Source: Octopus sinensis (Eukaryota). Taken from it: DNA of 64,000 nt. The stretch spans positions 158,038,001-158,102,000 of the forward strand of contig NC_043000.1 of the NCBI RefSeq assembly GCF_006345805.1, in the 5' to 3' direction. Made by a program: the position numbers and the translations under genes. This document shows, one piece after another, positions 1 through 13,096 of the stretch; positions within the stretch are counted from its first letter, which is position 1; each line of letters opens with the position of its first letter. The notes beneath the pieces are model-generated. The model was not told where the DNA came from, did not search any database, and saw only the letters and a program-made list of their open reading frames with translations.

Positions 1-861
1 ATTCTTAATACCCACGTGTATGTTACCATTTTATGATATATACATACATAAATACATGAGTCCTTTGGGGGAGGATTGCTCTACATTTTGTCCTTTCTTA
101 TACCTTGTACCTGTCAAGGTATCCTTCCTTCGATTTAGTTCCCAAGACTATTTCTGTATTACGTGCTATTTCATGTAATTTTATTACTTCATTCTTCACC
201 TTCCTTATATATAGTCTGGCATTTTCTTTTCATTTTCTATTTCGCTTTTAAGTTTTTTTCTCTTTTATCCAAATTTGTTTGTTTCTATTTTTTTTCTCTC
301 ACTTGTTATTTCTTTATCGTTATTCACTTTCTGTTTTTCTTCTTGCTCTTTCTCGCATTACCTTCTTTCGTTTCTTTCATTTCGCCTCCCCACTCCTCCA
401 TAAGTTCAAAGTATCAACTGATCTTTCTTATACTATTTCTCTTCACAAAATTCTGTCTCTGTCCACATTATTTTTCTTTTTTCTTTACGCTTAGTAAACA
501 AATTCTGTTATATTTTCTTTCTTATAGTAAATATTTTCTGTAATCGTTCTTTATTTTTACCTTCTCTTTTCCATACTTCTTCCTGTTTTCCTATTTTTTG
601 TTGTTTTTGTCGATTTGTAACTATGCATGACTTAAGCTTTGAGCATCTTACTCCACACCTGAGGCGTTGAAATTAGAGCTGGCGGAAAGTTTGTTCTGAC
701 ACTAACTAAGAAATAGAAAACATACAAATGTACAAAGATTTTAATTGACTAATGCTGCCACCCACTCAGCCTAAGTTATAAAAGCTTCTGAACTTCGTGT
801 GTCTTATCAAAGATAAATAGGTGTAGAGATTGTACAGAAAGGTAACTGTTAACATTATCAA

Positions 862-1069
862 TACTCTTTTACTCTTTTACTTGTTTCGGTCATTTGACTG
901 TGGCCATGCTGGAGCACCGCCTTTAGTCGAGCAAATCGACCCCAGGACTTATTCTTTGAAAGCCCAGTACTTATTCTATCCGTCTCTTTTGCCGAACCGC
1001 TAAGTGACGGGGACGTAAACACACCAGCATCGGTTGTCAAGCAATGCCAGGAGGACAAACACAGACACA

Positions 1070-1111
<42 letters not shown>

Positions 1112-1277
1112 CATATATACGACAGGCTTCTTTCAGTTTATGTCTACCAAATCCACTCGCAAGGCATTGGTCGGCCCGGGGCTATAGCAGAAGACACTTG
1201 CCTAAGATGCCACGCAGTGGGACTGAACCCGGAACCATGTGGCTGGTTAGCAAGCTACTTACCGCACAGCCACTCCT
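862..1277 (-). mobile_element. tRNA-derived SINE, group A (CORE-like), with internal (CA)/(TA) microsatellite
   Basis: Minus strand: head GGAGTGGCTGTGCGGTAAGTAGCTTGC..GGTTCAGTCCC (A/B-box-like), CTTAGGCAAGTGTC core-like motif, tail GGCGGTGCTCCAGCATGGCC..(GAGTAAAA)n. Same sequence recurs at 19.6, 20.2, 38.0, 45.1 and 55.5 kb. Confidence 0.85.
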
Positions 1278-2629
1278 TTTGATATAACTTTAAGTGTCGA
1301 AGTTGAAACGGAATAAAAACTTCGGTAAAGAACATTGCACTGGTTAGATGAATCTCTCTGCCACCTGTTGATTATTGCTCCATGTTGATTGTTGCTCCAT
1401 CAGTAAAGGCACTAGCAGTATATAGATGAGACGAAGGCGTTGAGCTGTCAGAATCGGTAGGACGCCGGGCAAAACGTTTTGAGGCATTTCGTCCACCTTT
1501 ACGTTCTGAGTTCAAATACGACTTTACCTTTCATCCTTCCTGATTCGAAAGTTGAAGAGTGAGATCAATGTAACCGACTTACCCCACTCTCGAGCGTGCT
1601 GGCCTTAACACTTCTTACCCCTATTTTCCAGGGGAGCAATGGTGTCAAAATATCGTCTTCATTTTGTTAAAAAAAAATTCCAAACGGCAAAAGTTGTTAA
1701 GCTGGCGGTTTCTGATTTTCAGTCTTAATATATTTAGCATGCTTTTGGAGCTTTCTATGTTTATGCTGCGTTCTTTAAATCTAACAGGTTTGTCTTCATA
1801 TTCCAGCTCTCTCATATTTTATATTCTGATATGGAAATTGCATCCATGTATATGCTGTCTATTGCTTTATGTACGATATCTACTTACTGACACTAGATAT
1901 TAAAAAAATATAAGAGTCACACCAGAATATTGCTATCATTTGTTTGCATTTATTAAAGTCAATTAAAATTCCATATGAAAACAATCAGTTTACATTTCAT
2001 CTACCACTATTGTCAACCCTTCCTCACCTTCTGCAATAACTGTTTTTCTATGGGAGGATTCATGCATATAAGACTGCAATTACTGTATATAACCTGAAAA
2101 TACATGTTTCAAGTGCCATGCAATATTGTGGGAATCAGGAGGTGTAACAATGTCTGTGGAGAATACGGCTAAGATTTGACAAAAAGCGCCTACAAGTCTG
2201 TAAATGGTCGCTCGACCATTTAAAATAGACCACCAAATGTCCTTTAAAATATATCTTTGAGTTATAAAAAGCACACATGTGGGCAATGGATCTTGAATTT
2301 TTTAGATGGTCGTGGTTGGAATGCTTTTGTACAGTCATCCCTGGTCTGACTTAGAACAAAAACATCGATAAGACTCTCTTGCTGACACACAAACTGTTAG
2401 AAGTAGCAACCAAATATGCCTCAAATCATACTTTAACATCTCAAAGAAAGAGAGGACGCATTAGCTAATATAGTTCTAGCTATACAAAAGAATAATAATT
2501 GTTTACAGCTTGAGTACTTTTGGCAATAAATTTGCTCATTCAGGGTCAATCTGAGATTAAAGAAACAACAATATTACAAATACCACGCCAACACAACAGA
2601 AACGATAGCAACTGCAAAAAGAAGAAACA

Positions 2630-2653
2630 ACAAAAACTACTACTACTACTACG

Positions 2654-2701
<48 letters not shown>

Positions 2702-2745
2702 GCCGCCGTCGCCGCTACTACTACTGCTGCTGCTGCTGCTGGCAT

Positions 2746-2817
<72 letters not shown>

Positions 2818-2935
2818 CACTATTACTACTGCTACTACTACTACTACTATTACCACCACCACCGCCGCAAACAACCACCACCGCCGCTGCCGCTACTACT
2901 ACTGTTGCTGCAGCTACTACTACTACTACTACATC
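2630..2935. repeat. (CTA)n/(CTG)n/(CCG)n trinucleotide low-complexity tract
   Basis: Seen directly; it explains the poly-L/poly-S/poly-V ORFs in the track. Confidence 0.95.
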
Positions 2936-3380
2936 AACCAAATATCCTTCTTAAAACACTAACATCTTAATAAATAATAGACATACTTTCATGTATTGTC
3001 CGCGAAAAAAGAAACGAAAAATATGCAAAACCGAATGAATATACTTCAGTCGGCGTTGACTCTATCGGTTGGATCAAAGCTAACTTATGGTCTAAACGCA
3101 ACAACAATCAAAACAAGAAGAATAGCAATAACAACAATTACAAGAAGAGTAGCGAAAACAACATCAACATCATCATCAGCAAGACAATAACGGCGATAAG
3201 TCTAAGAACAAAGATTACACCGACAAGAACAGAAGAATGAATACCATATCAGCGTCAACAGTAACAAGATAACGACGAGGTGTAGTCGCGTGGCTTGGAA
3301 GGTTAAGGTGTAGGAGTTATGATCGTAAGAATGTGATTTCGATACTTGCTTGAACTGCGCGACGCGTTTTGTTTTGAAGA

Positions 3381-3978
3381 CGACGAGCTGGCAGAGACGT
3401 TAGCACGCCGGGCGAAATTCTTTGTGGTTTTTCGTCCGCCGCTTCGTTCTGAGTTCAAATTCCGCCGAGGTCGACTTTGCCTTTCATCCTTTCCGGGTCG
3501 ATAAATTAAGTACCAGTTACGCACTGGGGTCGATATAATCAACTTAATCCATTTGTTTGTCCTTGTTTGTCCTCTCTGTGTTTAGCCCCTTGTGGGTAGC
3601 AAAGAAATAGGTATTTCGTCTGTCGCTACTTTCTGAGTTCAAATTCAGCCGAGGTTGACTTTGCCTTTCATCCTTTCGGGGTCGATTTAATAAGTACCAG
3701 TTACGCACTGGGTCGATGTAATCGACTTAATCCGTTTGCCTGTCCTTGTTTGTCCTCTCTATGTTTAGCCCCTTGTGGGTAGCAAAGAAATATGTATTTC
3801 CTCTGTCGCTACGTTCTGAGTCCTAATTCTGTCGAGGTCGACTTTGCCTTTCATCCTTTCGGGGTCGATTAAATAAGTACCAGTTACGCACTGGGGTCGA
3901 TGTAATCGACTTAATCTCTTTGTCTGTCCTTGTTTGTCCCTTCTATGTGTAGCCCCTTGTGGGTAATAAAGAAATAAG
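3381..3978 (+). mobile_element. SINE group B: one head plus three tandem ~180-bp body units
   Basis: Head CGAGCTGGCAGAGACGTTAGCACGCCGGGCG, then three repeats of ..GAGTTCAAATT..GAGGTCGACTTTGCCTTTCATCC..AAAGAAATA. Confidence 0.8.
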
Positions 3979-6226
3979 TAACAAGATAACGACGACAGAA
4001 TTTAATCACAACAGCCTGTTTAGTGGTTCGATATTCTGCAACGGTCAAGTAGCGCTTTACCTGTTAAAGAAACACTTCTACACAAAGCAACTCATATTTA
4101 ATGCATCTTTGCATCATTTTGTCGTAGCTTGTAGTCTCCAGTTTTGGGGATAAGCCCTTGTAAAGGAACCTGTGACCAGATTGAAACGACAGTGAGATCT
4201 CCCTCAAATCACATCCAGCGTTAAAAAAAAAAGGAAATTTCTTTTAAATAATTCGGCTCTGATGCTATAGCTGTCATTTGAATCTATTTCGTCACATATC
4301 AACTTAATCAAAGTTTAATTAGTGCTGCCCTTTGGCTAAAAAGAAAAAAACAACAACGTCGAAACAATAACAAACCACTGTCTTGAGTAATGTGTCACAT
4401 CCATAAGCAATGCAGACCACTAGTCATATACCACAAAATGCCAAACTTTTCACTGGTTAAATGATGTGATATCAATTCGACAGCTATGTTTGCTTCCTTC
4501 AGGAGATATTAATTTTAATTAATATCATAATTACTAATGATCAATATAAGTCAAGTGAAATGACTTAAGGCAAGGCTTTTCACAGAAAACGAGTTAGTTT
4601 CGTTATCAGACAACATCTATATTACAGCAATAATATTTGATCTCCGAGGCACACACCTGTTACCTATTTTATTGGCCATAGTTAAATGACGGCAAATCGT
4701 CATGTTCAACAAGGACTAATAAATCTTAATATATGTGATATGTCTGTAGCCGTAAGATACCACCCCCTCCTTATCTTCGTCTAACAGACAAACACATTGA
4801 AATGTATGCTTTCTATGAATAAACTAATACAGTAATCAACCAAAGTTCTTAGTTATTTCCGTCACCCACCCGGTGTGATCGTTCGCCTTATTTATATTTT
4901 AAAAAATAAGCAACAAATTTCAATGTTAGGGGAAGTCAAATAGATTTTAAGAGGAGGTGCTGAACAGTTCCTGTCTTTGGGTAAAAGAATATTCAGGTTA
5001 ATTATGATTTTATTCAACATTCGACCCTCCCAGATTCACACACTTATTGCAGCGGTCCTAGGGCTTTTAAAGTTCTATAAAGGAACTCGAAAGGTTGGGC
5101 TTCCAACCAAGCCTTCCGTGACACCCTTAAATTCAAGAACTTTTCAGCAGCCCCTTGTAATATTCTGAGTTTATCTGTCAAAGTAATGGACGATATTTGT
5201 CAATATTACATCAACAGAGCTTGTATTTTGAGAGAAGGATCGGAAGAACGTAAAAAAATGAAGCAAAAGAAACCGAAGGAAATAGAGTTAGTTTCCAAAG
5301 AATTTAGTAAGCGTGTCAGTTTACCTGAAACTATATTTAAGGAAGATTAAAGATCAAAGGTCTCTGCATCATTTCCTTTCTTTTAAAGAATCCGACATCT
5401 ACAACATTGTGAAATATACAACAAATTCACTAGAGTCTGCTCACGAAACAGTAACAGTGAATATAATATCAGTTGTTCTCGTCATTGTATTAGGTTGCTG
5501 TTAGAGTATCATTCAAAGATAGTCTCTTATCGAAAGGGTTTTGCATTTCTTTAGACAGATTCTAGAGTTAGATTTCGGTTTTATTCCCTTATTTTCAAAA
5601 GACAGCAATTATTTTATATGCAGTAATCCATAGAATTGTGGGGAACGAAAGGAAGAAACAAAACCACAAATTAAGCGTTTCTGCAAAAGGAGCAAATAAA
5701 AGAATCAAGTTAGCCTCAGATGAAACCGTGGACAAAATGATAACAACAGTGTGTTATGTCTTGCTCAAGCCATTCTAGATCCTGGTGGTACAAGACAGGA
5801 TTTTGCCAGTCCTTCGTGTACTACGAATATTTATCTTGAAGTTGAGAAAGCATAGGAGAACAGGATATCAGCAAATACTTAGTGGATAATCGTGATATGA
5901 AAAATAATGAAGTTTAATTTATTAATACATATGAATACACTCTCTCACACACACACACGCACACACACACACATACACACACACACACACACAAACACAC
6001 ACAGAGGCACACACAGCAATTCAATATATATGGAACGATATAGTCACTATTTTTGACGCTATTAATTTACTACGAGAAATTAATAAAATATCAATGACAT
6101 GCTAATGAGTTTTACTTTGATTCACAGTTATTCAGACGAATTAAGTTGCTTAGAATTCGGAGAATATACTTTCTTATAAAATTCAGTCATGAAAGAAAGT
6201 GTGTTTGCAGTGATTCTACTACGTAA

Positions 6227-6264
<38 letters not shown>

Positions 6265-6634
6265 TATATATATATGTATATATATGCGAAACAGAAAGTA
6301 AATATATAGACAGTTAAAATAACGCAGAGAAGTAGATGTTTGTATTTAATACCATGCTATGTTTCAGTTTCTGTAGCTTTAAACTCGATGGCTACAATTT
6401 CATTTCTTTACATTAAATATTAGGCGTACAAATACAGACAAGCACACCAGCACGCACGTATGTTCAGGCAAATATGTAAATAGATATAGATGGAATGTGC
6501 AGTGATCAGCAACATATTTACGCACATATTTTAAATTCAAATCCACGAATTCTATTTATGTGAATGAGTAGATATAATAATATAATCCAAAAATAGCTAC
6601 TATGAACGATTTAACATGGAAAGTTACATATATT

Positions 6635-6670
<36 letters not shown>

Positions 6671-6818
6671 AGAGTGAGACTCAAAGGTATATAGACAGAC
6701 ATCAGCATGCATACATACATTCATATACATACATACATACATACATACATACATACATACATACATGCATACATGCATACATGCATACATACATACATAA
6801 ATACATACATACAGGGAC

Positions 6819-6881
<63 letters not shown>

Positions 6882-6883
<2 letters not shown>

Positions 6884-7421
6884 TAGGTGAATGAATTATC
6901 CTAGTATTGATAATTCGGTTAATCGACACGGTTGAAGCTACATGCCAAGGGCAGAAACCCCGTGTTCTTGTGTGGCAATTTGTGTGTTTTTTTATATTAA
7001 TAAATGAAAAAATGGAGTCGAACGAAGATTTTAACAAAATTCCTTTACTCTCAACACATGTTTCGAAGACTGCATACTTTTAATTCCGAAGGAATAAAGG
7101 GTGCATTATGCCGTCTTCTCATCAGGAAAGGCAAGGAACCTCTATCAGCCTCAAGACGAACAAAAACATTTTTTATGACTGCCTACTTGGTGTCCACAGT
7201 GATAATGAGCATTTTTTTATCATTATCACTGTGGACACCATGTAGGCAGTCATAAAAACGGTTTTGTTCGTCTTGAGGCTGATAGAGTCTCCTTGTCTTT
7301 CCTGATGAGAAGACGGCATAATGCACCCTTTATTCCTTCGGAATTAAGAGTATGCAGTCTTCGAAACATGTGTTGAGAGTAAAGGAATTTTGTTAAAATC
7401 TTCGTTCGACTCCATTCTTTC

Positions 7422-7424
<3 letters not shown>
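6882..7424. mobile_element. Penelope-like fold-back element (~205-bp inverted arms) between (TA)n tracts
   Basis: Arms ~7004-7208 and ~7220-7424 are near-perfect reverse complements with an ~11-nt loop; each arm holds a hammerhead motif; (TA)n flanks both sides. Confidence 0.7.
7297..7379 (+). ncRNA. Type I hammerhead ribozyme motif with long stem II (mirror copy at 7048-7130, minus)
   Basis: CUUUC-CUGAUGA-GAAGAC..42 nt..GUCUUC-GAAAC-AUGU-GUU/GAGAG: stem I CUUUC:GAGAG, intact core, G10.1-C11.1 pair, short stem III. Confidence 0.7.
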
Positions 7425-7485
<61 letters not shown>

Positions 7486-7889
7486 TGAGAAAGTTGGTGT
7501 GTGAAAGCACGTGGTTGAATATATAGAAAATAGTAAAAAGTGAAATAACTACAGAAGGCTTGTTTTAAAAGGTTAAAAAATATATATTTGAGTCATTATG
7601 TCTGAAGAATGTTATAAATTTTTTTCATACAAAGAGGGACAGAAATTCAAGAATATTTTTACTAAACATTGGGGGCCTGTTGCACCACAACAACAAAAGT
7701 ATTTTTTTCTGGGAGACTTGCTGCATGCAATCAAGCCATATGCATAGCACACGTGGAAACTCATCTTAGCTCTGATATAAAGAATGCAGAAGTACACGTA
7801 CCAAAATATACCTTACACCCTAGGTCTTACTGTCATACTCAAATTCAGTATGTGACACTCTAATTGTATGCATAAGACAACATAATATA

Positions 7890-10566
7890 GTCATATGCAA
7901 TACATATCGCCCACCGGATGCTCCAAACCACAGAGGCAAGTTTCAAGATTGCCTCACAAGAATTAAAAAGTTCTCATGAATCTGGAGCACCACGTGACCA
8001 TATTTCTTATGGGTGATTTCAACTTCCCCAACGTCAAATGGCCCGAAGGTCACATACTCTCAAGAATGACTCATTGCAAACAAGCACAGGTGGAGTCCCT
8101 CCTTAACCTCAACAATGCCCTGTTCATGGGGCAGGTTGTGCTCAGACCAACTAGGGCGAAAAACATTTTGGACCTCTGCTTCACAAGCAATACGGACATC
8201 GTTCATGATGTAAAAGCGACGCCGACATTATTTTCGGATCACAACATAATAGAGCTGTCTATGTATGGACCAAGAGTAACCAGAGACATACAGCCTAAAG
8301 GAAGCACCCAAAATCTCTCCAATCTGAACTTCCACAAACCAGACTGGAAATTGATCCATAAAGACATCCTCAGACAGGACTGGCCGAAATATCTCTCCAC
8401 ACCAGACATTGGCATGAAACTAGAATATTTCATGCCTGTAAACCATATGCCAGAAACATGTCCCAGATCACAAGGCCAACACAAAAATCAAGATTACAAA
8501 AACAAAAAACACCAAGATTACAACGACGGATGAAGATTTCAAATCGCTTCAACTAATAGTCCAAAAATAGTGAAAGTTGCCTCCTACAAGCAACATTGAT
8601 GGAGATTGAAAAAAAGCCTGCAACAATCCAATGTGAGGGAGGGAGCAGACAAAGAAGCCTGGGTTATGAAAAACATTAAGTCAAACCTAAAGCCTTCTTT
8701 CATTATTCTAAAGAAACAGCCTCAGTACGCTGCAAAATAGGACCGCTCTTCCAGAAGGACGGCTCCCTCACAGACAGTCCAACAAAGATCACTGAGGTAC
8801 TGAATGACCAGTTTAAAAGTATCTTTACCACCCCGTTGGAACACAAGCAAGTGAACGAACCAGTGGATTTCTTTGCCGCCTCACCAATAACCAGGGAGAC
8901 AGTTACGATGGAATACATCGACCTTATCGAAGAAGATATACTACTAGCCATAGAGGAGGTAGATGCAAATTCAATTGCTGGCCGTGATGGTTTCCAGCAA
9001 TCCATCTCAAATCGTGTAAGCGTGACCTGGCGAAACCACTACAAATTCTCTTCCAGAGCTTTCTTGCTAATGGCTGGCTACCAAGAACACTGAAGGAGGG
9101 AATAATATTCCCAATCCATAAAGGAGGAAGCAAGCAGATGCCAAAAACTATAGACCTATCTCTGACTTCACACATGAGCAAAGTCATGGAACGGATAAGC
9201 AGAGGGAAACTAATCGCATTCCTTGAAGGAAACGACTAGCTGAGTGATACCCAGCATGGCTTCCGACCAGGTAGGAGCTGCCTGATACAGCTCTTACAGC
9301 ACTATGACTGGGTGGTGAGGAATTTACTCAACAACTCAAATGTGGACTAATATACTTTGACGTTGCAAAAGCTTTTGATAAAATGGATCCTGATATGATA
9401 TGCTTCAAACTACGTGATCTCGGCAGAGTTGGAAAAGTTGGAGAGTGGTTACATGACCTTCTGAAAGATAAAAGTCAGACAGTAGTAGCCAATGGAGCCA
9501 CATCAATGGAAACACAAGTAGTGAGCGGTGTTCCACAGAGCAGTGTCATGGGACCACTGCTTTTCAGAGTGGCCCTCTCAGATATGCCCTCAGCTGCCCG
9601 AATAGCCCCAACCCGTGCTAGCTACGCAGAAGATATGAAAGTCTTTCAGAAAATACACAACCCCAGCGATGTTGCACCCATGCAGCAGAAGTTGGACTCA
9701 GTTTACAGATGGGCTCAGGATAATAATATGCAGCGTAATGCTGAAAAATTACAAGCCCTGCCCTACCAGCGTCCTAAACTGAATATAAGACTGACAGGGT
9801 ATAATGGTCCGCAGGTGATTACACTCCCAGAGCTAAATCAGTGAGGGACGTGGGTATCGACATGAGTGTTGATACCTCTTTCCAAGTTCACATTACCAGG
9901 ATGGCGACAAAGCGCAGACGACTGGCTCAATGGATCCTGAGAATGTTCAGAACCAGAAAGAAGGAAACCATGATGATCCTCTGGAGGACATTCATCCTCA
10001 GCCGCCTAGGTTACTGCTCCCAGCTATGGTCACCCAACAGGGTAAAATTAACAGCGGTCCTTGAAGCAATTCAGCGAAGCTCCACAAAGAAGATCGTCTC
10101 ATTGCAACAGCTCAGCTACTGGGAAAGGCTGAAACAGTTAAGACTCTACTAACTGGAGCTAAGGCGGGAGGGGTATGCGGGAATATACGTCTGGAAGATC
10201 CTGGAAGGAATTGTGCCAAATTTTGGCATTGGAAGCCACACAAATGCCTGAACTGGTTGACACTGGGCAGTGCCAAATATCTCAGCAATGACATCGCGCT
10301 TCAGGATCAGTTACTGCAACAGCCTGGCTTCCAGGAACCTACAGATTTTTAATATTCTCTCAAAGAGCCTGAGGGACCTACAAAAATTGGATGTAGGTGT
10401 GTTCAAATCAAAACTGATGAATCTACCTCGTGGCAAGAGGTGCAAATTGAAGTAGCGTTATCAAACTCCCTTATTAAACGAGTGCGACATATTAGAGTAG
10501 GATCTCAGTAATAAATGTAAAGTAACGCGGCATTACTGCAGCATGGCCACAGATGTGTGCTGAAAA
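7890..10566 (+). mobile_element. Decayed CR1-clade LINE ORF2 (APE endonuclease + RT) with 3' end; 5'-truncated
   Basis: YRPP, MGDFNFP and PTRAKNILDLCFT (endonuclease); GVPQSSVMGPLLF and YAEDMK (RT, degenerate YADD); RLGYCSQLWSP and LSYWERLKQLRLY (CR1 C-terminus). Multiple stops and frameshifts. Confidence 0.9.
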
Positions 10567-10735
10567 ATTGATATATATTTATATACATATATTTATATAC
10601 ACGCATATATACATATACACGCATATATATATGTATAATATATATATATATATATATATAATATATATATATATATGTACACTACACACATTCGTGTGCA
10701 TACATACTAACACATAAATTTACATACATATAAAG

Positions 10736-10782
<47 letters not shown>

Positions 10783-11038
10783 ATAACTTTATATGTATGT
10801 AAATTTATGTGGTAGTATGTATGCACACGAATGTGTGTAGTGTACATATATATATATTATACACGCACGCGCATATATATGCGTGTATATATACACATGC
10901 AAATATATGCGTGTATATATACACATGCATATATATGCGTGGTGGGTGGAGGCTTACGTGTGTATATTACACAGGGACATGCATATATATGTATGTATAT
11001 ACACACACACATATATATATATGTGTGATGGGTGGGGG

Positions 11039-11069
<31 letters not shown>

Positions 11070-11611
11070 GTATGATGCATGTGTTTGTGTGTGTACAGAA
11101 TGTGAAAGACTTTTGCAGTCTAATGTTTGGAGGAATTCCAATGTCTTCATGCTTTATTGGCAACAACATTTCTATGCCAGATTACATGCCTTATGTTATT
11201 TAGTCTTGCAATTCTATGTTCTGAACTCACACCCCAGAGTCGATAATATTATCAACAATAACTATATTATCTTCGATTTTATTTCAGTATTACTCTGTAT
11301 CAGCGGTTCTCAATCTATATCAACTTTCGCAGCCATGCATTTTTACAAAAGTTGCTTTGTTTTTTCAAAATCTTGCCACAATCAGCGGAACTAAATACCC
11401 TATAGGCATATGTGCACGTCCGCGTGCACACTCACAAGCTTATGTATGTATGTACAAATACAAAGCCAGATGTACTCAGTGGCGGCCACAAATTACATGT
11501 TTGGACACACCTACAAATTGGAAGGCGGTGAGCTGGCAGAATCGTTAGCACTAGCACGCAGGGCAAAATTCTGAGCGGCATTTCGTCCATCTTTATGCTC
11601 TTGACCTTGTG

Positions 11612-11689
<78 letters not shown>

Positions 11690-11898
11690 CATACATAATA
11701 TATATTAATACATACCCGTTTTCATATACACATATATATATACAACTTACTATTTTCAAATTTCTGTGTCTATTTTCGGCGTCTTTGGCATTAGAAATCT
11801 TTTCTTTTGCCCTTGTTTATAAATTTAACTTTTAAAGGTATTTTTTAATATACTGGCCATTGATAGAATTTTTTCAAAACATTTTATCCTTTTTTAGA

Positions 11899-11950
<52 letters not shown>

Positions 11951-12169
11951 CACATATATATATATATTTATTTACATATATATATATTTATATATATATA
12001 GATACATAGGTGAGAGAGTTGGTATGCGAAAGCACGTGGCTGGATGTATAAACGACAAAAAAGAGTTAAAAAACTACAGAAGGCTTGTGTTTAATGGTTA
12101 AAGAATATATTTAAATCTTTATATCAGAAACATTGGAACACCAACACAAGTTAGATTAAATAAGGAAAT

Positions 12170-12493
12170 GTGAGGGCGCGTGGCTTAGTGGTTAGGGCAT
12201 TCGGCTCATGATCGTAAGGTTGTGAGTTCGATTCCCGGCGACGCGTTGTGTCCTTGAGCAAGACACTTTATTTCACGTTGCTCCAGTCCACTCAGCTGGC
12301 AAAAATGAGTTGTACTTGTATTTCAAAGGGTCAGCCTTGTCACTCTCTGTGTCACGCTGATTATCCCCGAGAACTACGTTAAGGGTACACGTGTCTGTGG
12401 AATGCTCAGCCATTTGCACGTTAATTTCACGAGCAAGCTGTTCCGTTGATCGTATCAGCTGGGACCCTCGTCGTCGTAACCGGCGGAGTCTTG
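12170..12493 (+). mobile_element. tRNA-derived SINE, group C, with 14-bp target-site duplication
   Basis: Head GGCGCGTGGCTTAGTGGTTAGGG..GAGTTCGATTCCC; GTGTCCTTGAGCAAGACACTT motif; TTAAATAAGGAAAT at 12156-12169 and 12494-12507. Confidence 0.85.
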
Positions 12494-12829
12494 TTAAATA
12501 AGGAAATATAAAATATAAAGCAAAACCTAACCACTTGTAACATTCTATTCCTTCTAAACCAAATCGTGTTAAATTAGTCATTCCCAACACGTTTTATTAT
12601 CTCCCTTAGACCGGAAAATCTCTCTGATTACATTTCCCTGCCTGGAACTCCATATGTCACAACATAGCGAAGACATTACACGATATAGGTAAAGAAATTT
12701 GAGAAATCTGAAAAGAAAATACGAAACCAGTTATTTCTCCAAAACCTATGTTAATATAAGCCTAATTTTATAACATTTTTCTCACATAACGATTTAAATA
12801 TATTCTTTAACCATATAACACAAGCCTTT

Positions 12830-13096
12830 TTTCTCTATTTCCAGCTCAGGGCTGCGGCCATGCTGATGCACCGCCGTTTTGTGCTACACTGTCATTACGA
12901 AGAACCTCGTCTAATATGTGGCACTTGGTGAAGAATGGAGTTTGATATAGCTACTCTCATTTGCACCTCTTGCCGTGAGGTAGGTTCATCTGGGACTCTC
13001 GAAAGGAAGATGTCCAGCTTTGATTTAAAAACCGCTACATCTACTTTGTGCAAGTTCCTCAGACTCTTTGGGAGAATATTAAAAAGCTGTGGGCCC
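12830..13096 (-). mobile_element. 3'-terminal fragment of the same CR1 family as 7890-10566
   Basis: Reverse complement aligns by eye with ~10340-10566 (TTTTAATATTCTC.CAAAGAG.CTGAGG, ATGAA.CTACCTC..GGCAAGAGGTGCAAAT). Confidence 0.75.

Noticed and set aside
163-543. 126-aa F/L-rich ORF
   Set aside because: Pyrimidine-rich low-complexity DNA gives a spurious hydrophobic ORF.
2520-2954. Poly-L/S/V and poly-YI/CV ORFs throughout the track
   Set aside because: They are translations of microsatellites.
4950-5830. Possible old LINE remnant
   Set aside because: No diagnostic motif could be read confidently.
12170-12245. tRNA genes at SINE heads (also 43121, 50091 and group A heads)
   Set aside because: A/B boxes are present, but there is no complete cloverleaf and each runs directly into a SINE body.
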